DNA of 55,455 nt from Candidatus Aerophobus profundus SCGC AAA252-L23 (GCA_000402295.1 AQRW01000190.1:1-55455); one strand, 5' to 3'; positions 19,008-27,536 are shown, numbered from the stretch's first letter. The notes: generated by a model from the sequence alone, not told the origin. Numbers and translations are program-made.

Positions 19008-20225
19008 ATGGGTGGAGAAACTTTTGATCTTATTGTCTACTTGGATGCTGACTGGGATACGCACGGGTCTCGTAATCGTCAGCATTTTCTGATTCGGGAA
19101 ATAGCTCATCAGGTTGAAGGTAAGGCAAAAGTCCTGGCTTTAGAAAGACCGATCTGTCCCATAACCGGTCCTTTCTTGCACCGCAGAAAATTCTTGAGTT
19201 GGGTGCCTTACCAAAGTGGGCTACGACAAGAAGGTACCGACTTATTTATCTATACGCCTTTCGTTCTATTGCATAATGTGCTGGCCAGCTTCGTTCCTGG
19301 ACTGACTGGCATAAACCGGAAACTTCTCAAATGGCAGATCGATTCCTTATTGCGGCGATTGGAATTCAAGCGAGATAATCTGATTGCCTGGATACACCAC
19401 CCCTACCAGTTGGAGGACGTCGGGTTGGTAAGAGAAAAGTTCTTGGTTTACGATTGCTACGATGATTACTTTAGTAATGTGGCTGGTCGACGGCTCATGG
19501 ACATGCGGAGGCGAGAAAAAGCCATCCTTGAATGTGCTAATATGGTGTTCGTGGCCTCACAAGAACTCCTCAAGAGGATGAGTGCCATGACAAAACAGAT
19601 ATTCTTATTGCCCAACGGAGCAGACGCCCGACTTTTTCATGAAGGTACGGACCCGGAAATCGCAGCTCCGGGTGAGATAGCCTCGTTGCCCCATCCAATC
19701 ATTGGTTTTGTAGGAAGAATAGCTCCGTGGCTAGATTTCAAGCTTCTTGCTGGGCTGGTAAAGCTTCATTCTGAATGGAGCTTCGTTTTCATAGGGAAAT
19801 GTGATACCGATAGAAAACTATCTAAGTGTCCTGAATACCAATTTTTGAAGAAGACGACTAATGTATATTTCTTGGGACCAAAACCACATAGGGAACTACG
19901 GGCCTATTTAAAGAAATTTGATGTGGGCATTATTCCATACCTTTTAGATGGTCAGGTTCCCTCCTCCTCGCCGCTCAAGTTATATGAGTACATGGCTGCA
20001 GGAAAACCTGTCGTGTCGGTAGATATACCTCATGTTTCCCGCTTCCAACCTCTTGTTCGTATTGCGAGTGGTGTTAGTGAGTGGGAGAAAGCCATACAGG
20101 ATGCCTTGTCTGATAACGATAATCTTGCTGAACAAAGACTCCAGGTAGCACGTGAAAATTCCTGGTCTGTTCGGGCCAAAGATGTGTTATGCATTCTTAA
20201 AGGTTTTTTGGGCGGTAACCCTTAA
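19008..20225 (+). CDS. GT-B glycosyltransferase (tandem paralog of 17785..19002)
   Basis: YLKKFDVGIIPYLLDGQVPSSSPLKLYEYMAAGKPVVS. Same length (405 aa) and collinear motifs. Confidence 0.7.
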   Translation: MGGETFDLIVYLDADWDTHGSRNRQHFLIREIAHQVEGKAKVLALERPICPITGPFLHRRKFLSWVPYQSGLRQEGTDLFIYTPFVLLHNVLASFVPGLTGINRKLLKWQIDSLLRRLEFKRDNLIAWIHHPYQLEDVGLVREKFLVYDCYDDYFSNVAGRRLMDMRRREKAILECANMVFVASQELLKRMSAMTKQIFLLPNGADARLFHEGTDPEIAAPGEIASLPHPIIGFVGRIAPWLDFKLLAGLVKLHSEWSFVFIGKCDTDRKLSKCPEYQFLKKTTNVYFLGPKPHRELRAYLKKFDVGIIPYLLDGQVPSSSPLKLYEYMAAGKPVVSVDIPHVSRFQPLVRIASGVSEWEKAIQDALSDNDNLAEQRLQVARENSWSVRAKDVLCILKGFLGGNP

Positions 20226-20230
20226 GATCT

Positions 20231-21217
20231 ATGAAGATTCTTTTTGTTCACCAGGGATTAATTTCATTTATTGCGAAAGACCTTGGGACACTACGCTTAA
20301 AACATGACGTAAAAGAGATTTGTTTTAGAGGCATTAAGGATATTCCTGCTGTCTGGGAAGGCACCGCTTGGTGCGATGTCACGTTTTCGTGGTTTGGTAA
20401 GTTGCATGCTTTCTTTACTGTCCTTTTCTCGAAGTTGCTGAGTAAAAAAACTATTGTCGTGGCTGGTGGTGATGACGTGGCTTACGATCCGGAAATAAAC
20501 TATGGTCTGTACTGCTCATGGTGGAAGAAGTGGTGTTCTTTATTCGTTTTTCGGTATGCTGATCTTATCCTGAATGTTTCGGAATTCAATCGAGGGGAAA
20601 CAATTAGGAATGCAGGGGTTGATTCGAATAAGGTGAAATTGCTCTATCACGGGTTTGATGATCAAAAGTGGCGAAAGATGGATGGGATATCGAAAGAATG
20701 CCTGGTTCTCACGGTAGGAAGGGTTACGGACGAGACCTTTCGTAAGAAAGGTCTCGAATTGTTCGTCCGCAGCGCGGCGTACTTGCCAGATGTACCATAT
20801 ATCTTAGTTGGCCCCTGGGAAGATAGGGCAATTGATAGACTGAAAGTCATTACTCCGTCCAATGTCGTCTTCGCCGGGGGTAGGTATGGTGAAAACTTGG
20901 TACAGATGTACAGCCGAGCGAAGGTGTATGTGCAGGTGTCGCGTCACGAAAGTTTCGGCTGTTCTCTGGCTGAAGCCATGCTTTGTGAGTGCATTCCGGT
21001 GGTATCCAGCCGAGCAGCAATTCCAGAAGTAGTAGGAGATTGTGGGTTTTATGTCGATACGTTGGAACCAGAGGCGATAAGTCAAAAAATCAAGGAGGCT
21101 CTGGATGCGCCAATTGAACTGGGCAAGAAGGCTCGGGAGAGAATCATCACTCATTTTCCCTTGGAGAGACGGAGAAAGGCGTTACTCGAGTTACTAGGCC
21201 TGATCGCGAAATCATGA
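20231..21217 (+). CDS. GT4 family glycosyltransferase
   Basis: VSRHESFGCSLAEAMLCECIPVVSSRAAIPEVVGDCGFYV (EX7E region). Confidence 0.8.
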   Translation: MKILFVHQGLISFIAKDLGTLRLKHDVKEICFRGIKDIPAVWEGTAWCDVTFSWFGKLHAFFTVLFSKLLSKKTIVVAGGDDVAYDPEINYGLYCSWWKKWCSLFVFRYADLILNVSEFNRGETIRNAGVDSNKVKLLYHGFDDQKWRKMDGISKECLVLTVGRVTDETFRKKGLELFVRSAAYLPDVPYILVGPWEDRAIDRLKVITPSNVVFAGGRYGENLVQMYSRAKVYVQVSRHESFGCSLAEAMLCECIPVVSSRAAIPEVVGDCGFYVDTLEPEAISQKIKEALDAPIELGKKARERIITHFPLERRRKALLELLGLIAKS

Positions 21218-22101
21218 TACCGAAAGCAACAAGAACCATGAGCAAGCATAGGTGTAGCCTTTGTGGCAGGCCAACGACTCGGTTGGGTACAAGTTCCTTT
21301 TATACTGCTAAAGGAGTCATAGAAACCGAAGTTTATCATTGTTGGCGATGTAACCTAGCTTTCAGAAACTTAAACTACGGCAACAAACAGGTGCAAAGCC
21401 ATTTTTACGTGGCCTCCTACGCTAACATAGACGGAGAGAGGAAATGGCTTGACCAACGAGGGGCATTCTATTCCTCTTGCCAAGAACTCCTTAGTAAATA
21501 CTTGGATGACCCTATGGTCAAACTTTTGGATGTGGGTTGTGGTTTGGGGCATTTCCTGGACGTATGCTGGGCGAAAGGTTGGCAGGTGAAAAGGATCGAG
21601 CTAAATGAGGAGCTTGTAGAATGGCATCGGAAAACCAAGCCATATCCTGTTGAGAGTGTAGATATCCTATATCTCGCTGAGGAAGAAGCGTATGATACGG
21701 TAACATTCATTGATAGTTTATACTATTGCGAAGATGTTTTCTCGGCACTTTGCAAGGCCAGGGGTTTACTCCGGCGCGGCGGTATTTTGTTCCTAAGGGT
21801 TGGCAACGGGAATATTTGGCGTGTGCTCTATTGGCTATCGCAGAGGATTCTTGGGAGAAACTCCAAGATTCCCTATATTATTGACGGAGATGCGAAGTGG
21901 GGTTTTTCAAAGAGAAGCATAAAAAAGTTACTCGCAAGATGTAGTTTTAAAATCATTTACCTTGGGGGAATGGAGAAAAGTAAGATCACAGGACAACTAG
22001 ATAAATACCTGTTTTATAAGATTACTCAAATCATAGAGAAGATGAGCTTTGGCCTGATTTCTCTTACCCCAGGATTAATTATAATAGCAAAAAAACAATG
22101 A
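21214..22101 (+). CDS. class I SAM methyltransferase with N-terminal Cys4 zinc ribbon
   Basis: CSLCGRPT...CWRCNLAF followed by LLDVGCGLGHFLD and GGILFLRVGNG. Same layout as 25567..26481. Confidence 0.75.
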   Translation: MIPKATRTMSKHRCSLCGRPTTRLGTSSFYTAKGVIETEVYHCWRCNLAFRNLNYGNKQVQSHFYVASYANIDGERKWLDQRGAFYSSCQELLSKYLDDPMVKLLDVGCGLGHFLDVCWAKGWQVKRIELNEELVEWHRKTKPYPVESVDILYLAEEEAYDTVTFIDSLYYCEDVFSALCKARGLLRRGGILFLRVGNGNIWRVLYWLSQRILGRNSKIPYIIDGDAKWGFSKRSIKKLLARCSFKIIYLGGMEKSKITGQLDKYLFYKITQIIEKMSFGLISLTPGLIIIAKKQ

Positions 22102-23249
22102 TGGAATTACTTTTCTGGCTATTTGTAGGAATTACTATTTACGTCTATTTTGGTTATCCGTTACTGTTAATCATAGTGGCTAAGATCAGTAACCAATCAG
22201 TAAGAAGAGCTAACATTACTCCGTCCGTGACTATGATTATTGCTGCTCATAACGAGGAAAAGTCAATTCATCGTAAGCTTCAAAATTCCCTAAATCTCGA
22301 TTATCCTAAGGATAAATTAGAAATCATAGTTGCCTCGGATGGCTCCACGGATAAGACAAACGTAATTGTTGGAAAGTTCAAAGACCAGAGAATTAGATTG
22401 GTCTATGACCCTATACAGAAAGGGAAATCCTCAATTCAAAAGAAAGCTGTGGAAAATGCTAATGGAGATGTTATAGTATTCACAGATGCACCTACGTTGC
22501 TGGATAGCAATGCTTTGTCAAAAATCGTTAGGCCCTTCTATGATAAAACGGTGGGATGCATCATGGGAAAAGCAAAGAATATAGATATATCTGAAACCTC
22601 TGTGTCCGAGGCTAATAATTTATATAATCTCTATGAGGAATTCCTCCAGAAGAAAGAGAGCCAAATTGGATCACTTGCAATGGGATCTGGCTGGCTGTTT
22701 GCTACCAGAAAAAACTTAATTGAGCCCTTAGACATCAATGTTGGAGATGATTTTGTTATTCCGTTGGGAGTTGTAGAAAAAGGATTCAAGGTTATTTATG
22801 AACGCAAGGCTATTTCATACGATAGGGGACACATTGAAACGAAAGCTATGTTTAGGGCAAAATACAGGGTTGTTACTAAAGACCTTAGAGGATTGTTTTC
22901 AAAAAAAGTGCTACTGAATCCAATACGGTTTCCTTTAGTTTCCTGGAGTCTAATCTCCCATAAGCTATTAAGGTGGCTCATTCCTTATTTTTTGATAGTA
23001 GTGCTCATTTCGAATTGTTTTCTGTTAAACATCATTTTTTACCAAATAACCTTTGCTCTTGAAGTCACTTTTTTGTTGTTATCCCTTGTCGGATGGATAT
23101 TACAAAATAAAGGAATAAAGGTTAAAGTCTTCTATATTCCTTTTTACTACTGCCTTGTCAATCTGGCGGCGCTAATTGGGGTAGCTGCTTCCTTTTTGGG
23201 CAAAAAAATGGGGCATTGGACACCCGACAGGTACACCTATTATGGGTAA
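22098..23249 (+). CDS. membrane-anchored GT2 glycosyltransferase (synthase-like topology)
   Basis: N-terminal TM helix, VTMIIAAHNEEKSI, EIIVASDGSTDKTN, VFTDAPT, and a C-terminal cluster of TM helices. Confidence 0.8.
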   Translation: MMELLFWLFVGITIYVYFGYPLLLIIVAKISNQSVRRANITPSVTMIIAAHNEEKSIHRKLQNSLNLDYPKDKLEIIVASDGSTDKTNVIVGKFKDQRIRLVYDPIQKGKSSIQKKAVENANGDVIVFTDAPTLLDSNALSKIVRPFYDKTVGCIMGKAKNIDISETSVSEANNLYNLYEEFLQKKESQIGSLAMGSGWLFATRKNLIEPLDINVGDDFVIPLGVVEKGFKVIYERKAISYDRGHIETKAMFRAKYRVVTKDLRGLFSKKVLLNPIRFPLVSWSLISHKLLRWLIPYFLIVVLISNCFLLNIIFYQITFALEVTFLLLSLVGWILQNKGIKVKVFYIPFYYCLVNLAALIGVAASFLGKKMGHWTPDRYTYYG

Positions 23250-24414
23250 GGTATTTGTGACAGACGCCGCAGATAGGATTTCCCTTGCGATAACCAGATC
23301 CTTGGGACGAAAGGGGATCGAAGTGACTGTGGGGGACAGCAGGAGGGTTTGCCTTTCTCGTTTCTCAAAATACTGCAAGGGATCTGTTCTCTATCCCTCT
23401 CCTAAGAGATATCCCCGAGAATTCCTCGGTTGGTTGAGAAATCACTTGAGAGATAATAAATATAATGTCCTTATCCCGGTAGATGATATACCCCTATTGA
23501 TTATTTCTAAAAACAAAGAGGAGCTTTCTCAATTTTGCAAGATTCCGGTAGCTGATTTTGAAACTATAATGAAAGCACGCAACAAGAAAAGGACTATCGA
23601 AATTGCTATGAAACACAATATTCCTTGTCCTAAAACATATTTTGTTGAACACCTTCATGAACTGAGACAACTCTCGAAAAATATTGATTTTCCTGTTGTG
23701 ATAAAGCCGCAAGAAAGTTCAGGGGCAAGGGGGTTGACTTACGTCAGAAATAGCGAGGAATTGCTTCCGAAGTATCTTGCGATTCACAAGCACTATGAGT
23801 TACCCTTGATACAAGAGCTTATTCCACCTGGTGCTCCGAAATACTGCTTTTCAACCGTATTTGATGGAAAATCTGAGGCAACGGCTGTGTTTACACAGGT
23901 TGCCTTTAGATGGTTTGGTGGGGCAACTACATTCTCGCTAGGAGTTGAGAGCGGCTTTGCTTCGATCATTGAGAGGTTGAGTGTCAAATTGTTAAAGGTA
24001 ATTGAGTGGCGGGGCGTAGCAGAGGTAGAATTTCTGATTGACCCCCGTGATAATACACCGAAACTCTTGGAAGTGAACCCCCGTTTTTGGTCCTGGGTTC
24101 AACTTGCAGTATCCTCAGGTGTGGATTTCCCATATCTATTGTATAGAATGACCATGGAGGAAGAAGTAATGCCTATAACCCAATGTCAAACTGGGGTCAA
24201 ATTCAAGTGGCTACTTCCTGGCGACATATTGGTTTTATTGGGTCTTGGGAATAGATTTAGGGCTAATTTGGCGAATACTCATTGCAAGAAAACTGTTTAT
24301 GCTATACTTTCCAAGGATGATCCAAAACCAGCCTCTGTTTTTATAATAAGCATGATAACATCTCTCCTACAGAGGAAAATCACCTGTGGACAAGGTCAAA
24401 GAATATTGGGGTAA
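23242..24414 (+). CDS. ATP-grasp domain enzyme (carboxylate-amine ligase-like)
   Basis: FPVVIKPQESSGARGL, WRGVAEVEFLIDPRDNTPKLLEVNPRFW. Confidence 0.8.
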   Translation: MGKVFVTDAADRISLAITRSLGRKGIEVTVGDSRRVCLSRFSKYCKGSVLYPSPKRYPREFLGWLRNHLRDNKYNVLIPVDDIPLLIISKNKEELSQFCKIPVADFETIMKARNKKRTIEIAMKHNIPCPKTYFVEHLHELRQLSKNIDFPVVIKPQESSGARGLTYVRNSEELLPKYLAIHKHYELPLIQELIPPGAPKYCFSTVFDGKSEATAVFTQVAFRWFGGATTFSLGVESGFASIIERLSVKLLKVIEWRGVAEVEFLIDPRDNTPKLLEVNPRFWSWVQLAVSSGVDFPYLLYRMTMEEEVMPITQCQTGVKFKWLLPGDILVLLGLGNRFRANLANTHCKKTVYAILSKDDPKPASVFIISMITSLLQRKITCGQGQRILG

Positions 24415-24468
24415 TAAAGGCCTTGTTGGGGGTGGACCCCGCAGGATTTTTGGCTAGAAAGGTTAGAG

Positions 24469-25344
24469 ATACTCAAAATTAAGCTGAAAACCTCACTTAT
24501 CAATATCCTCACCATTGATGTCGAGGATTGGTATGCGTCCAGTTTAGCTCTTCTTAACGGGCCAAACTCGGTATACGGGCAGCGGCCTGCTGGGAGTGTT
24601 GTAGGAAACGCGAGAAGAGTCCTCAAAATTCTGCAAGAATATAGTTGTGAGGCAACTTTTTTTGTGCTGGCGACGGTAGCAGAGCACTATCCGGACTTGG
24701 TTAGAGAAATTCATGATGCCGGTCACGAGATTGCTACCCACGGCTACGCTCATCGGCTGGTCTACCGAATGAGACCAGAAGAATTTGAGGAAGATCTGGT
24801 TAAGTCCCTGAAATTGATTGAGAATGTTATTGGGGAAAAGGTAGTTGGGCATCGGGCCGGATACTTCTCGATCACGAAACAGTCACTCTGGGCCCTGGAT
24901 ATTCTGGCCAAGCATGGCATCAAGTACGACTCGAGTATTTTTCCCATTCGCCGGAGACTTTATGGGATTCCTGACTTTCCCCGCTTTGTCTCTCAAGTAA
25001 GAAGTAAAGGGAGATACGGACTTCGGGAGGTTCCGCCCTCCACGGTTCGGATATGGGGTCAGAATGTTCCTATCGCCGGTGGCGGCTATCTTCGCGTTCT
25101 TCCGTATTGGGTAATCAAACAGGGAATCAGGAGGGTTAATGCCCAGGGACACCCCGCGGTGATCTACCTGCACCCTTATGAGCTTGATCCCCAGGATATT
25201 AAAGTGCCAGGCGTTTCGCTCGGGTGGGGAACACGGTTTACCCAGCTCAGTCAACGATTCAATCGCTCGACGTTTGAAGGGAAACTAAGAAAGCTTCTCC
25301 GGGACTTTAAATTTGGCTCGGTACGAGAGGTGCTGGATTTGTAG
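24469..25344 (+). CDS. polysaccharide deacetylase (DUF3473 / XrtA-associated type); start codon uncertain
   Basis: The conserved N-terminus NILTIDVEDWY (from 24505), ATFFVLATVAEHYP and GHEIATHGYAH lies upstream of the first canonical start (GTG 24664). The frame is open from 24418 with only ATA 24469, ATT 24478 and CTG 24484 as possible starts. Confidence 0.7.
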   Translation: MLKIKLKTSLINILTIDVEDWYASSLALLNGPNSVYGQRPAGSVVGNARRVLKILQEYSCEATFFVLATVAEHYPDLVREIHDAGHEIATHGYAHRLVYRMRPEEFEEDLVKSLKLIENVIGEKVVGHRAGYFSITKQSLWALDILAKHGIKYDSSIFPIRRRLYGIPDFPRFVSQVRSKGRYGLREVPPSTVRIWGQNVPIAGGGYLRVLPYWVIKQGIRRVNAQGHPAVIYLHPYELDPQDIKVPGVSLGWGTRFTQLSQRFNRSTFEGKLRKLLRDFKFGSVREVLDL

Positions 25345-25451
25345 TTAGTGAGTCATAAGGAAGAAAGGATATTTGAAGCACTAATATGTAAGCGACCGCC
25401 GTCGGAGAGTTTTGAGGTCCTTGCGTCATTGAGTCAAAAGCAATAAAAACC

Positions 25452-25486
25452 GAGATTGCCACGTCGCTTACGTTCCTCGCAATGAC
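25452..25486. repeat. REP-like element, family 1 (GAGATTGCCACGTCGC...CCTCGCAATGAC)
   Basis: Related copies at 29604..29632, 45819..45853 and 47008..47042, plus an inverted pair at 52073..52107 and 52131..52158. Confidence 0.8.
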
Positions 25487-25566
25487 ATCGGGCATGTCTA
25501 TCTCTCTCTGGATGACAGTGAGGGCGGAGTGGGAATGCCGAGGAGACAAGATTTTGAAAATGAGGA

Positions 25567-26481
25567 ATGAAGCTTAGACAAATAACATGTGACATCTGTG
25601 GAAGTGGTAATGTGGAGGTTGTGGGTAAACCGCCAGTCGAAGAAAGACTCAGAACGAGATTTCCCCAATTGAGTGAAACCTCGGTGGTCCGGTGTACCAA
25701 CTGTTGCTTCTACTTTGTCAGCCCAACGCCTTTCTTTAGCAAAAGCGAATTAAAGTTCATTTACGACCAGACCTATTTCAAAGCATCGGTCATGACTGAC
25801 TGGTGGAGAAAAAGGAGAGTCAGGGACAGAATTTGTCGGTTAGACGCTATCGAGCAAATGAGCTCACCGCAAGTGAGAAAGCTTTTGGATGTTGGTTGTG
25901 GGGAGGGCTGGGTTTTGTGGGAAGGCCAGAGGCGAGGATGGGAGGTGTGGGGTGTAGATGTATCAAATAATCTGGCGGATCCTCTAAAAAGTAAGTTTGG
26001 TGAAAGACTGGTCATTGGAAGGCTGCCAGAAGTGGGGTTTGCATCTGAATCCTTCGACGCGATCTATATGGATTCAGTTTTGGAACATGTTCCGTCCCCT
26101 ACCTCCATGATGAGGGAGTGTTACCGGATACTCCGTAGGGGGGGGTGCCTCTATGTTGGAGTTCCTAACGAAGACAGCCTGATGAACGAGGTGAAAAGGT
26201 TACTTTGCAGTGCAAAAGGATATGGGGCGTCGTCACGGTTGAATCCATTCAGGAACCCTTACCACATTGCTGGATTCAATAGAGGTTGCTTTACGAAAAT
26301 GGCTGAAAAACTGGGCTTCCGGGTTGAGAAAATTAGAATTTTCGGCGGACATTATGAGTTTTTGAAGTATAGGTCAGGTTGGACAGTTTTTGGCAAGTTG
26401 TTGTTTCATTCTACCGTACACGCGGTGGGCCTGTTGTTTGGGAAAGGGTTTTACATTCAGGCCTGGCTGATAAAGGAATGA
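25567..26481 (+). CDS. class I SAM methyltransferase with N-terminal zinc ribbon
   Basis: CDICGSG...CTNCCFYF, LLDVGCGEGWVLW, FDAIYMDSVLEHVPSP, GGCLYVGVPNE. Confidence 0.8.
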   Translation: MKLRQITCDICGSGNVEVVGKPPVEERLRTRFPQLSETSVVRCTNCCFYFVSPTPFFSKSELKFIYDQTYFKASVMTDWWRKRRVRDRICRLDAIEQMSSPQVRKLLDVGCGEGWVLWEGQRRGWEVWGVDVSNNLADPLKSKFGERLVIGRLPEVGFASESFDAIYMDSVLEHVPSPTSMMRECYRILRRGGCLYVGVPNEDSLMNEVKRLLCSAKGYGASSRLNPFRNPYHIAGFNRGCFTKMAEKLGFRVEKIRIFGGHYEFLKYRSGWTVFGKLLFHSTVHAVGLLFGKGFYIQAWLIKE

Positions 26482-26667
26482 TCTAACGTTAACAAATATG
26501 GTTGTGAGACCTACTCTCACAGTCTCTCTCCGCGATGGTTCCGATAAGAATTCTTATGTTAACCAAGCATACCTCTAATCCGCTCCAGATAAGACTTTCA
26601 TTTTGACTGTTTTTGTACATCTACAAATCCACATGGGAAGAAGTTTTATGATATGTCTGAAAAAGCG

Positions 26668-26793
26668 ATGAGTAGGCTATACAAGAATCCCCCGTTAATA
26701 GAGGCTGTATTCGAAATACGGTTTCCTGCTGAGTTGTTCATTGAGTGCCAAATAGATAGGTTCTACAAAAGAATTAGAAACGACTATCCTTAG
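26668..26793 (+). pseudogene. TIGR04255-family N-terminal fragment with a premature TAG
   Basis: MSRLYKNPPLIEAVFEIRFPAELFIECQIDRFYKRIRNDYP*. The paralogous copy at 29939.. has CAG where this copy has TAG (26791-26793). Confidence 0.65.
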
Positions 26794-26822
26794 ATATTTG
26801 TCCCCATAATTGTCGGGAAACC

Positions 26823-27047
26823 TCACAGTTCCTGCCATTTTTCCCGTGAGATGCCTATTTCCTTGATGATCTGTCGGACGAGACCTATGCTTATGTCTTT
26901 GCCTTTGTGGATGGGAAAAGGGATGATTCTTTTTTCCTCGAGATGAACCATTCTCACATGTTTTCCACCCGGTATGGGACCGACAAACCCAAGTTTTCTC
27001 AGCTTTCGGATTACCTCCGCGGGTTTAAGGGGTCGAAGTGGAGACAT
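26823..27047 (-). CDS. hicA: HicA-family toxin
   Basis: LKPAEVIRKLRKLGFVGPIPGGKHVRM...IPFPIHKGKDISIGLVRQIIKEIGISREKW. The ATG at 27047 is preceded by GAGGAAAG. Overlaps the hicB end. Confidence 0.75.
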   Translation of the reverse strand: MSPLRPLKPAEVIRKLRKLGFVGPIPGGKHVRMVHLEEKRIIPFPIHKGKDISIGLVRQIIKEIGISREKWQEL

Positions 27048-27294
27048 CTCTTTCCTCAATCTCTATTCCCGGGAGATGAGGTATCTCGAATCCCAATTGC
27101 AAAGCTAAGGTGACGTTACCTTCTATGGCATCCCTCAAATTCTCTCTTGCCTCTTCAAAGCAGTCGCCTTGGGCAAAGAATCCTGATGCCTCCGGTACTC
27201 TGGCAATCACTATTCCGTTTTCGTCTCGAAAATACTCAGCTTTTCTGAGGCATTCGTCAAGATAACGGGAGAGTGAGAAGATTCTTGCTTTCAT
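27025..27294 (-). CDS. hicB: HicB-like antitoxin
   Basis: MKARIFSL...VARVPEASGFFAQGDCFEEARENLRDAIEG pattern. Located directly upstream of hicA. Confidence 0.6.
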   Translation of the reverse strand: MKARIFSLSRYLDECLRKAEYFRDENGIVIARVPEASGFFAQGDCFEEARENLRDAIEGNVTLALQLGFEIPHLPGIEIEERDVSTSTP

Positions 27295-27330
27295 GATTTC
27301 ACCTGTGAGTCCTATCTTCACCCATAAGGA

Positions 27331-27358
27331 AGTATAATAACCGGTGCGGAGATGTCAA
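27331..27358 (-). promoter_or_regulatory. sigma70-like promoter TTGACA-16-TATACT for the hicBA operon
   Basis: Minus strand: TTGACA (27358-27353), a 16-nt spacer, TATACT (27336-27331), about 37 nt upstream of the ATG at 27294. Confidence 0.55.
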
Positions 27359-27370
27359 GAATTTAACATG

Positions 27371-27437
27371 TGTCAAGGGACACCATCTCTTACGAGGTTA
27401 GGGGACACCAACCTTTACGAATTATTATTCAAAAGAA
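27371..27437. repeat. dispersed about 67-bp repeat (TGTCAAGNGACACCATCTCTTACGAGGTT..GGACACCAAC.TTTACGAATTATTA.TCAAAAGAA)
   Basis: Other copies at 40302..40368 (near-identical), 43122..43213 (expanded, three sub-repeats) and 31088..31124 (partial). It contains two 17-nt direct sub-repeats: GACACCATCTCTTACGA and GACACCAACCTTTACGA. Confidence 0.8.
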
Positions 27438-27467
27438 GATCTTTGCTGTGGGATTTTATGGGGCTTT

Positions 27468-27498
27468 CTCCGATAAATCGGACCACTACAATATGGGG
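27468..27498. repeat. REP-like hairpin, family 3 (TCCGATAAATCGGACCNCTACAATATGGGG)
   Basis: Copies at 43292..43320 and 52510..52540. The stem is TCCGAT/ATCGGA. Confidence 0.75.
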
Positions 27499-27536
27499 GT
27501 TTTTCGCCAGCGTTCTATCTTGGTCCGTTAAGAGTG

